Assembly (NCBI GenBank): GCA_030765235.1
Contig: JAVCCW010000010.1
Span: 94,907 to 158,906, forward strand
Source of the DNA: Candidatus Gorgyraea atricola
GTDB lineage: Bacteria; Omnitrophota; Gorgyraeia; Gorgyraeales; Gorgyraeaceae
Reading direction: 5' to 3'
DNA: 64,000 nucleotides
Shown here piece by piece: positions 42,902 through 50,234 of the stretch; the first letter of the stretch is position 1, and every line of letters starts with the position of its first letter. The position numbers and the translations under genes are program-made. The notes beneath the pieces are model-generated. The model had not been told where the DNA came from and searched no databases. It was given only the letters and a program-made list of their open reading frames with translations.

Positions 42902-42966
42902 TGTGTAATGTGTAAAGTGTAAGGTGTAATGTAATTGGGGTAGCTTGGTACATTACACATTACACA
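42902..42966. repeat. Family E heptamer palindrome (GTGTAAN / ATTACAC)
   Basis: GTGTAAT GTGTAAA GTGTAAG GTGTAAT ... ATTACAC ATTACAC. Confidence 0.8.
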
Positions 42967-42979
42967 ACCGTTGTCCGTA

Positions 42980-44026
42980 CTATTTTCTCCCAGGTGTTTT
43001 AGCTAGTAAGGATTCCCTGATCTTTTTCTCGATCTCATTACTGACCTTTGTATTACTCCTTAAAAAATCCCTGGCTGATTCCCTGCCCTGGCCGATTTTT
43101 TCATTGCCAAACGTTACCCATGAGCCGGATTTTTCCAGTATCCCTGCGTCAATACCTAAGTCAAGGATCGCGCCTGTGCGCGAAATGCCCTCGTCATGCA
43201 TGATCTCAAACTCTGCTTTTTTAAAAGGCGGGGCAACCTTATTCTTCACGACCTTTGCCCTTACCCTTACGCCAACCACATTGTCCCCTGCCTTTATAGA
43301 GGTTATTCTTCTTAGATCGATCCTCACTGAAGAATAGAATTTCAATGCGCGGCCGCCAGTAGTAGTCTCTGGATTACCGAACATAACGCCGATCTTCTCC
43401 CTTATCTGGTTTATAAATATAACGCATGTGTTTGTCTTTGAGATAATAGCTGTCAGCTTACGTAATGCCTGTGACATGAGACGCGCCTGTAACCCTATGT
43501 GCCTATCACCCATCTCACCTTCTATCTCTGCCTTTGGCACAAGCGCTGCAACAGAATCAATGACGATCAAGTCCACTGCGTTCGAGCGCACAAGCATCTC
43601 TGCTATGTCCAGCGCCTGCTCGCCTGTGTCTGGCTGCGATATCAAAAGATCATCCAGGTTCACGCCTAATTTCTTGGAATAGCTCGGATCCAATGCATGC
43701 TCAGCATCTATAAACGCGGCTACTCCGCCCAGCTTCTGGGCCTGCGAAATAATACTCAGAGTCAGTGTGGTCTTCCCTCCTGCCTCAGGCCCGTATATCT
43801 CCACGACCCTGCCTCTTGGCACACCGCCAACACCCAAAGCCAGATCAAGCGGCAATGCGCCTGTTGGAATAACGTCAACTTCAAACTTTGTCTCTTTGCC
43901 AAGTCTCATGATGGCGCCCCTACCAAACTGCTTCTCGATCTGCGAAACCGCCATATCTAATGCCTTTTCCTTATTACCCTTAGCAGCAACCTTTTTCTCT
44001 TCCTTTTTCACTTCTTTCCTAACCAT
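42980..44026 (-). CDS. recA: recombinase RecA
   Basis: [24 protein letters not shown] and GGRALKFY motifs. Confidence 0.98.
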   Translation of the reverse strand: MVRKEVKKEEKKVAAKGNKEKALDMAVSQIEKQFGRGAIMRLGKETKFEVDVIPTGALPLDLALGVGGVPRGRVVEIYGPEAGGKTTLTLSIISQAQKLGGVAAFIDAEHALDPSYSKKLGVNLDDLLISQPDTGEQALDIAEMLVRSNAVDLIVIDSVAALVPKAEIEGEMGDRHIGLQARLMSQALRKLTAIISKTNTCVIFINQIREKIGVMFGNPETTTGGRALKFYSSVRIDLRRITSIKAGDNVVGVRVRAKVVKNKVAPPFKKAEFEIMHDEGISRTGAILDLGIDAGILEKSGSWVTFGNEKIGQGRESARDFLRSNTKVSNEIEKKIRESLLAKTPGRK

Positions 44027-44047
44027 CCTACACCCCCTTTTTTCTGT

Positions 44048-44137
44048 TAACTTTACACTTAAACAAAGCTCCTCTTCTGTAGGCCAGGTTTAAACCTGGC
44101 CTACTTTACGCTGAAGCAAAGCTCAAGTGTAAAGTTA
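44048..44137. repeat. nested inverted repeats upstream of recA with a central GTAG palindrome
   Basis: TAACTTTACACTT...AAGTGTAAAGTTA enclosing the perfect palindrome GTAGGCCAGGTTT|AAACCTGGCCTAC (44079-44104). Confidence 0.8.
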
Positions 44138-44235
44138 TTATATAATCCTAACCCTATAAAGTAAAGTAAATTATCCGCCACCTCCTTTCTACATATAGTA
44201 GACACATCGAGGAGCTAATTTTCTTTCAAAAAAGA

Positions 44236-44264
44236 TTGCTTCTATAATTCATATTGCATATAAT
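44236..44264 (+). promoter_or_regulatory. promoter for cinA (leaderless candidate)
   Basis: TTGCTT-17-TATAAT, 7 nt before ATG at 44272. Confidence 0.55.
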
Positions 44265-44271
44265 AAGACCT

Positions 44272-45507
44272 ATGGAAATATCCTCGCATGTAATATGCAT
44301 TGGCAATGAAATTATGCTTGGCCATATTAATAACACAAATGCCCAGCATATTTCAGAGAAACTCTCCTCTATTGGCATAAAGACTGCAAAGCATCTGTCC
44401 ATTCCTGACGTTCCAAAGGTTATTATTAATTCAATAAAAAATAGTCTAGCCGATGCTAATATCGTTATAGTTACAGGTGGTCTTGGTCCTACTGTGGATG
44501 ACCTGACGCTTGACTGCATCGGAAAGGCACTGGATAGAAAACTCATCTTTAAAGACAGGGTTGCAAACCATATAAGGCAGCATTTTAAAAATCGTAAGTT
44601 AAAGATGCCAAAAAATAACCTGCGCCAGGCACTTATACCTGAAGGGGCAACCCCAATACTAAACAATATAGGCAGCGCCCCAGGCCTTATAATCCAGACA
44701 AAAGGAAAAGTCCTTATTGCATTACCAGGTGTGCCTTTTGAAATGCATGCCATGATAAAAGATACTGTGCTGGGCTTTCTTAAAAAGAGATTCTCTCCAG
44801 GCAGGCTAATAAAATCCCGCGTAATAAAAATAACAGGGCTTCCAGAGTCAAAGGTGAATGAAAAGATCGAGGACATATTGAAGCTGGGTGGCAATGTCCA
44901 GATGGGTATCTACCCTCACCCCGAAGAGATCACAGTAAAGATAACTGTGACTGACAAAAAGGCTGACGCTACAATAAAAAAGATCGAGAGAAAGATAAAA
45001 TCACGGCTGGGAAACTACATATTCGGCTATGATGAAGAGAAATTAGAAGAAGTTGTTGGCAAGCTGCTCTTAAAAAAGAAAAAAACCTTAGCAGTCGCAG
45101 AATCCTGCACAGCCGGACTTTTGGCGAGTAGAATCACAGACGTTTCTGGAAGTTCAAGGTATTTCAAGATGGGTGTAGTTACTTACAGTAATCAAGCTAA
45201 GAATAAACTTCTATATGTGCCTAAAGATACGATAAAACAACACGGCGCTGTCTCCAAACAAGTAGCAAGCGCAATGGCCAAAAACATGCGGCTATTAGCT
45301 GACGCAAGCATAGGAATCGGTATAAGCGGCATTGCAGGTCCAACCGGCGGCACCAAGAAAAAACCAGTAGGCCTAGTCTACATCGCGCTCTCAACAAAGA
45401 AAAAGACCATTTGCAAAGAATTCCGCTTCCTGGGCCAGCGAAATATCATAAAGTTTAAAGCCACTCAAGCAGCCCTTAACCTGGTGAGGCTTCATGGGCT
45501 TGTGTAA
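44272..45507 (+). CDS. cinA: CinA family protein (MoCF domain plus NMN deamidase domain)
   Basis: IGNEI, TGGLGPTVDDLT, LPGVP, AESCTAG and SGIAGPTGG motifs. Confidence 0.95.
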   Translation: MEISSHVICIGNEIMLGHINNTNAQHISEKLSSIGIKTAKHLSIPDVPKVIINSIKNSLADANIVIVTGGLGPTVDDLTLDCIGKALDRKLIFKDRVANHIRQHFKNRKLKMPKNNLRQALIPEGATPILNNIGSAPGLIIQTKGKVLIALPGVPFEMHAMIKDTVLGFLKKRFSPGRLIKSRVIKITGLPESKVNEKIEDILKLGGNVQMGIYPHPEEITVKITVTDKKADATIKKIERKIKSRLGNYIFGYDEEKLEEVVGKLLLKKKKTLAVAESCTAGLLASRITDVSGSSRYFKMGVVTYSNQAKNKLLYVPKDTIKQHGAVSKQVASAMAKNMRLLADASIGIGISGIAGPTGGTKKKPVGLVYIALSTKKKTICKEFRFLGQRNIIKFKATQAALNLVRLHGLV

Positions 45508-45531
45508 AGTGTCAAGTGTCAGGTGTCAAGG
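45502..45531. repeat. Family C left arm (filled copy)
   Basis: GTGTAAA GTGTCAA GTGTCAG GTGTCAA GG; contains the cinA stop codon. Confidence 0.9.
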
Positions 45532-45539
45532 AGGATAAA

Positions 45540-45908
45540 GTGAGAAATTACAGGTTTGATTTCGAGAAATTAGATGTGTATGAGAAAACGTTAGATTTTG
45601 CAAATAAGGTTTTTAATATTACCAAGAAATTTGATAGAGAAATTCAATATTCACTTGGAGACCAATTTCGTAGAGCCTCTCTATCTATATGTAATAATAT
45701 CGCTGAGGGCAGCGGTAGACCCAGTCAAAACGCAAAAAGACAATTTTACGGCTACGCCTTAGATTCAGCCAGAGAATGTATACCAATGATAACGTTAAGC
45801 CAAATGCAGAATCAAATTACTAAACAAGATGAAGAAGCATTAAGAGACGAATGTATAAGTATCTGTAATATGACTGGCAAGCTAAAAATGTCAACAAAGC
45901 ATCCCTGA
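45540..45908 (+). CDS. four-helix-bundle protein (23S rRNA-IVP/Avd-like family)
   Basis: FEKLDVY, LGDQFRRASLSICNNIAEG and SAREC motifs; GTG start after AAGGAGG. Confidence 0.9.
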   Translation: MRNYRFDFEKLDVYEKTLDFANKVFNITKKFDREIQYSLGDQFRRASLSICNNIAEGSGRPSQNAKRQFYGYALDSARECIPMITLSQMQNQITKQDEEALRDECISICNMTGKLKMSTKHP

Positions 45909-45941
45909 CGCATTGACACTTAACACCTGACACCTGACACT
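45903..45941. repeat. Family C right arm (filled copy)
   Basis: CCCTGACGC A TTGACAC TTAACAC CTGACAC CTGACAC; contains the gene's stop codon. Confidence 0.9.
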
Positions 45942-45944
45942 AAC

Positions 45945-46502
45945 ATGCAAACTATCCGAGCATTTGTTGCAGTTGAAATCGACCAGCCAAATAAACAAAA
46001 GCTTTCCCAAGTCATCTCTACTCTCAAGCAAGCAAACGCAGACGTAAAATGGGTCAATAAAATCCAGATGCACCTGACACTAAAGTTTCTGGGAAATATT
46101 GAAGAAAATCGCATCAAAGAAATCTCAGACACACTTAAGTCTATTGCAGATAACTTTAGCGCCTTCAACATCCACCTCTCTAAAATCGGCGCATTCCCAA
46201 ACATGCATAAACCAAGAGTCATCTGGCTTGGAATTGACAAGGGCGCACAAGACTTAAAAAACCTAGCTTCTCAGCTCGAAAAACTCGGCCCCAAAGAAGA
46301 AAAGCGTGAGTATAAAGCTCATCTCACGCTAGGCAGGGTCAAATCCTTAAAAAACATCTCTCAACTAACAAAACTTATAAACGAAACCCCCTTTCAATCC
46401 CAAGGCAACATCCCCATCACCAAACTAATCCTCTTCCAAAGCACCCTCACGCCTAAAGGTGCAATCTACTCACCCCTGACAACATTAGCTTTAAAACAAT
46501 AA
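45945..46502 (+). CDS. thpR: RNA 2',3'-cyclic phosphodiesterase
   Basis: RAFVAV plus two HxT motifs (HLTLKFLG and HLTLGR). Confidence 0.93.
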   Translation: MQTIRAFVAVEIDQPNKQKLSQVISTLKQANADVKWVNKIQMHLTLKFLGNIEENRIKEISDTLKSIADNFSAFNIHLSKIGAFPNMHKPRVIWLGIDKGAQDLKNLASQLEKLGPKEEKREYKAHLTLGRVKSLKNISQLTKLINETPFQSQGNIPITKLILFQSTLTPKGAIYSPLTTLALKQ

Positions 46503-46504
46503 AA

Positions 46505-46765
46505 TCATCTATAAATCTCTCTTCTATGACCCAGGTCAATGATGTATACGATAAGCCGATTTTTATGAACTGTATATATCACACGGTAACTTCCTACGCG
46601 CAATGAATAGTCGCCTGAAAGTTTACCTTTAAGGCTTTTAGCTTGATAGGGGTCTGTCTTTAGGGCTTCTATGGCAGAGATTAGGCGGGAATACAATTTT
46701 TTGTCTTCTTTGTAAACTTTTCGCAGTTCTTTTGCTGCTGAATTGGCAAATTCTATTTTATACAT
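46505..46765 (-). CDS. RelE/ParE family toxin
   Basis: MYKIEF...AAKEL, YSLRVGSYRVIY and GHRREIY motifs. Confidence 0.92.
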   Translation of the reverse strand: MYKIEFANSAAKELRKVYKEDKKLYSRLISAIEALKTDPYQAKSLKGKLSGDYSLRVGSYRVIYTVHKNRLIVYIIDLGHRREIYR

Positions 46766-47033
46766 CTTTCTCTATCTTTTGCCTCAGCTTAGCTAAGGAA
46801 ATAGTCTTGCCTTCCCCAATCTCCTTCTTTGCCTTTTTTATCCTTCGGGCAACGGTTTTATTAGAAAGAATTTGTATGGTCTCTAAGAGGCCTTCGTAAT
46901 CATCAGGGCTCATCATGATAGCTATAGGTTTTCCTCGCTTTGTGACAATATAGCGATCCAGCCTATCGTCAATATGCTTTATTACTTCTGGTAATTCTGG
47001 TCGTAGTTCTTTTAAGGTAATTGTGTTAACCAT
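46758..47033 (-). CDS. Phd/YefM family antitoxin
   Basis: IVTKRGKPIAIMMSPDDYEGLLET motif; overlaps the toxin start. Confidence 0.92.
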   Translation of the reverse strand: MVNTITLKELRPELPEVIKHIDDRLDRYIVTKRGKPIAIMMSPDDYEGLLETIQILSNKTVARRIKKAKKEIGEGKTISLAKLRQKIEKDV

Positions 47034-47121
47034 TGCACTCCACCTCCCTCTAATATAAATTAACTCGTTTCGCTCGTAATTTATTCCAAAGGGGCTTCGC
47101 CCCTATGGCGCTCCATACAAC

Positions 47122-47151
47122 AAGTATACACTAAAGAGTATACTTTGTCAA
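47122..47151 (-). promoter_or_regulatory. toxin-antitoxin promoter with overlapping palindromic operator
   Basis: TTGACA-17-TATACT; AAGTATAC-N8-GTATACTT overlaps it. Confidence 0.75.
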
Positions 47152-47595
47152 TCAGAAAAGTCTATGCACGATCTGTAGTATCAGATTCGCATAGACGCCG
47201 GCGAGGAGGTCGTCTAGCATGATGCCTAGGCTGCCATTTAGTTTTTCCAGGTTTCTTATGGGGCGGGGTTTTATGATGTCGAAGAATCTAAAGAGGATAA
47301 AAGCTGCGACTATGTAGCCCATGGTGGGCGGCAAAAGATATAACGCCACGAGCATGCCTGCGAATTCATCTATTATGATCTCACTCGCGTCCTTGCCGCC
47401 AAGAAGCTTCTCTGTCTTTCCTGCAGTTAAAAGACCCAAGATAATACATAACACAATGCTCGCGCCCATCATCTGTGGACTATTCTTGAGGGCTCCGTAA
47501 AGAAATAGCGCGGCAAAACTCCCGATACTACCTGGGGCCACAGGAAGATAGCCTAAATAAAAAACAGTTGCGATCAGCTTACATAATCTGTTCAT
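47152..47595 (-). CDS. pgpA: phosphatidylglycerophosphatase A
   Basis: APGSIGS, IIIDE, FRFFDIIKP and GIMLDD motifs. Confidence 0.95.
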   Translation of the reverse strand: MNRLCKLIATVFYLGYLPVAPGSIGSFAALFLYGALKNSPQMMGASIVLCIILGLLTAGKTEKLLGGKDASEIIIDEFAGMLVALYLLPPTMGYIVAAFILFRFFDIIKPRPIRNLEKLNGSLGIMLDDLLAGVYANLILQIVHRLF

Positions 47596-48158
47596 CCTTC
47601 ACCCATAAAAATATTTTTATTCTTTATCATAAAAGAAATACCTGAAGCTAAAGTCATTGCTACTGTAATAAGCATCAGGATATGCACAGCACCGGCATAA
47701 TAACCGATATATTGAAGAGTAAAACCAGAATCCCTAATTATCAAAAATATCAGTATAAATAACACTGCCACTATCTGTGACACGGTCTTATGTTTTCCTG
47801 CGATTTCAGCTGAGAGTACCTTCTTTCTTGCAAGCGCCAGTGCCCTTATTCCTGTTATCACTAACTCTCTCGCAATGATCACTATTACCATCCACGCAGG
47901 TATTATCTTCATCTCAACAAATGCAAGAAATCCGCCGAGTATGAGTATCTTATCAGCAATAGGGTCCATTAGCCTGCCAAAATCAGAGATGGAATTTGTC
48001 TTTCTCGCGATCAGGCCATCATAGTAGTCTGTAATAGACGCTACTAAAAATACAGCAAGCGCAAAAAACTTAGCACCTACGCCTCTAATGAAAAGCGCCA
48101 GTATAAAGATTCCTGCTAAGATTATCCTTGATATCGTGAGTTTATTCGCTAAGTTCAT
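47592..48158 (-). CDS. pgsA: CDP-diacylglycerol--glycerol-3-phosphate 3-phosphatidyltransferase
   Basis: NKLTISR and TDYYDGLIAR...FGRLMDPIADK motifs. Confidence 0.95.
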   Translation of the reverse strand: MNLANKLTISRIILAGIFILALFIRGVGAKFFALAVFLVASITDYYDGLIARKTNSISDFGRLMDPIADKILILGGFLAFVEMKIIPAWMVIVIIARELVITGIRALALARKKVLSAEIAGKHKTVSQIVAVLFILIFLIIRDSGFTLQYIGYYAGAVHILMLITVAMTLASGISFMIKNKNIFMGEG

Positions 48159-49354
48159 AAAACCTGCCCTACAAGGTCATATTCATGTGTATCTGTTATT
48201 TTTACCTTGTAAAATTCGCCTATCTTTAAATCCTTGCCACTTACATGCACAACACCGTCTACTTCTGGGGCATCGTATTCAGTCCTTGCAATATCTTTTT
48301 CATCAACTAATACCTTTAGCGTTCGACCCTTGAATCTCTCGTTTATCTCGCGCGATACTGTCTGCTGCAGCAACATCCCTTCGCTAAAGCGTCTCTCTTT
48401 TTCTTTTTCAGATATCTGGTCTTTAAGCTTATACGCTGGTGTACCTTCCTCTCTAGAATACCTGAAAATACCTAATCTTTCAAATTTAATTTCTCTGATA
48501 AATTGTAATAGCTCCTGAATTTCTTGTTCTGTCTCGCCAGGGAAACCCACAATAAATGATGTGCGTAAAGCCACGTCCGGAATCTCTTTTCTAATATACT
48601 CTATCAATGAGATAATATCTTTCTTAGTAGTCTTCCTGCCCATTTGCTTTAATATCCTGTTATTTATATGCTCGATGGGTAGGTCAATATATTTACATAT
48701 GTTCCTACTATCTCTTATGACCTTTATTGCGTCTTTTCCCAGATTTGTTGGGTGCGTGTAAAGAAGTCTTATCCATTTATCTTTTGAAATTTTATCAAGC
48801 TCTTTCAATAATTCTGCTAATTTTTGATACGCTGAAGTATCCTGGCCCACCAAGATTATCTCTTTAGCAGAACTTTCTTCAGCCTCTTTTATGATCGAAT
48901 CAATTGCCCTGGCTTTATACGGTCCTTTTAGATGCGGTATTATGCAATACGTACATCTATTCTTGCATCCTTCTGAAATTTTGATATATTTGTAATGAGC
49001 CGGGGTAAGCCTCGAAGCGTAATCATCTTTAAACGCAGAAACTACACCTCTAAATTCATCTATTTCCTTTAAGTCTTTCTGCAATTCTCTCCTGTATCTC
49101 TGCGGAAGGCATCCTGCTACTATTATTCTTTTTACTTCACCTGCTTTCTTGGCATCTATCACCTTTAAAATAGTATCTATGGATTCCTTTTTTGCGTCTT
49201 CAATAAACGCGCATGTATTTATAACCACAGTATCCACGCCAATTGCATTCTCTTTAAATGCATAGCCCTTACTTGCGAACTCGGACATAATATGTTCTGA
49301 ATCAACCAAATTTCTTGGACAACCCAGACTTATAATGCTAAATGTCTTTGTCAT
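48155..49354 (-). CDS. rimO: ribosomal protein S12 methylthiotransferase
   Basis: SLGCPRNLVDSE, NTCAFI, CKNRCTYC and DAPEVDG/TRAM domain. Confidence 0.93.
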   Translation of the reverse strand: MTKTFSIISLGCPRNLVDSEHIMSEFASKGYAFKENAIGVDTVVINTCAFIEDAKKESIDTILKVIDAKKAGEVKRIIVAGCLPQRYRRELQKDLKEIDEFRGVVSAFKDDYASRLTPAHYKYIKISEGCKNRCTYCIIPHLKGPYKARAIDSIIKEAEESSAKEIILVGQDTSAYQKLAELLKELDKISKDKWIRLLYTHPTNLGKDAIKVIRDSRNICKYIDLPIEHINNRILKQMGRKTTKKDIISLIEYIRKEIPDVALRTSFIVGFPGETEQEIQELLQFIREIKFERLGIFRYSREEGTPAYKLKDQISEKEKERRFSEGMLLQQTVSREINERFKGRTLKVLVDEKDIARTEYDAPEVDGVVHVSGKDLKIGEFYKVKITDTHEYDLVGQVL

Positions 49355-49385
49355 AAAAATAGGGACGCTCTCCCGCCCCTCAAAA

Positions 49386-49424
49386 TAACCTGACACTTTA
49401 AGTCATACTTAAAGTGTCAGGTTA
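49386..49424. repeat. perfect 18-bp inverted repeat containing CCTGACAC
   Basis: TAACCTGACACTTTAAGT-cat-ACTTAAAGTGTCAGGTTA. Confidence 0.75.
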
Positions 49425-50150
49425 AGGTTGCCTAATGCCGTCTTTTGTGATGATTAGGGTCTTTTTCTCTCCTTTTTTACCAGGGGTGCCGAGGTTTTTT
49501 CCGTTGAAGGTCAGGGTTACGCCACCAGCATTGCCCAGCTCCAGATCTATCTGCTTTTTTGCTTCCCAACTATCAGAAGCGCCCTTCTTTAATATGCCTC
49601 TAAACAAGAGCTCTTTGCCGCTGGTGACCTGGACCCACGTGTTGTAACGCGCTGCAAGTTCGACCTTAAAACTCTCTGCTACCGCCGCAACCCCGGAGGT
49701 TGCCGTGCTCGCAACCTCCGGGGTTGCGACAACGGCTTGCCCCTTATGTTTAGTGAAAAGATTCCGTATAAACCTTCCCACCTGCACAAAGCCAAAGGCA
49801 AGCAAATACACGCTGAAAATAGTCACAAGCCCGAGTCCGATCTGGCGCTTGTGTTTTAAGAACCAGTCACTTTTGGACTTTTCAGGTTTTAAGGCTAACT
49901 GAGATCCGGGCTTTTTTTCTCCACTTGACAGAAATTCTTTTACTATTCTTTCTTCAAGCGCCCCCAGGAACTGCGAATAGGATTTAATAAAGCCTCTTGC
50001 GTAAAAAGGGTCCGCTGTCTTTAAGATGCTATCTTCTTCTATTGTAGAGATTATTTTCTTAGGTATGCGCGTTCTTTCTGAGACATCTTCTATGGAGAGC
50101 TGCCTTGTTTCGCGGATCTTCTTGAGTGTTTTTCCAAGTGATTCAGGCAT
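49422..50150 (-). CDS. rodZ: RodZ-like protein (HTH, TM and DUF4115)
   Basis: LGKTLKKIRE HTH, RGFIKSY, TM and LGNAGGV; ftsK-rodZ-rimO-pgsA synteny. Confidence 0.85.
   Translation of the reverse strand: MPESLGKTLKKIRETRQLSIEDVSERTRIPKKIISTIEEDSILKTADPFYARGFIKSYSQFLGALEERIVKEFLSSGEKKPGSQLALKPEKSKSDWFLKHKRQIGLGLVTIFSVYLLAFGFVQVGRFIRNLFTKHKGQAVVATPEVASTATSGVAAVAESFKVELAARYNTWVQVTSGKELLFRGILKKGASDSWEAKKQIDLELGNAGGVTLTFNGKNLGTPGKKGEKKTLIITKDGIRQP
49686..49728. repeat. in-frame palindromic doublet inside rodZ
   Basis: CGCAACCCCGGAGGTTGC-N7-GCAACCTCCGGGGTTGCG. Confidence 0.8.
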
Positions 50151-50153
50151 AAT

Positions 50154-50234
50154 CGTTTAGCCCGTTAGCCCGTTGCCCGTTAGCCCGTTGACCCATTAAC
50201 GGGCAAACGGGCTAAACGGGCAACGGGCTAAACG
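50154..50234. repeat. Family F palindrome (GCCCGTT(A) / (T)AACGGGC)
   Basis: 7-9-nt units, inverted; contains the ftsK stop codon. Confidence 0.88.

Noticed and set aside
42886-42960. N-terminal ORF extensions of degP (also hisS, guaB, groEL, rimO and the four-helix-bundle gene)
   Set aside because: The extensions read through intergenic repeats; downstream starts fit the family N-termini and in most cases have an RBS
45540-45908. Diversity-generating retroelement (Avd-like gene) or rRNA intervening sequence
   Set aside because: No reverse transcriptase, no TR/VR pair and no rRNA gene in the window
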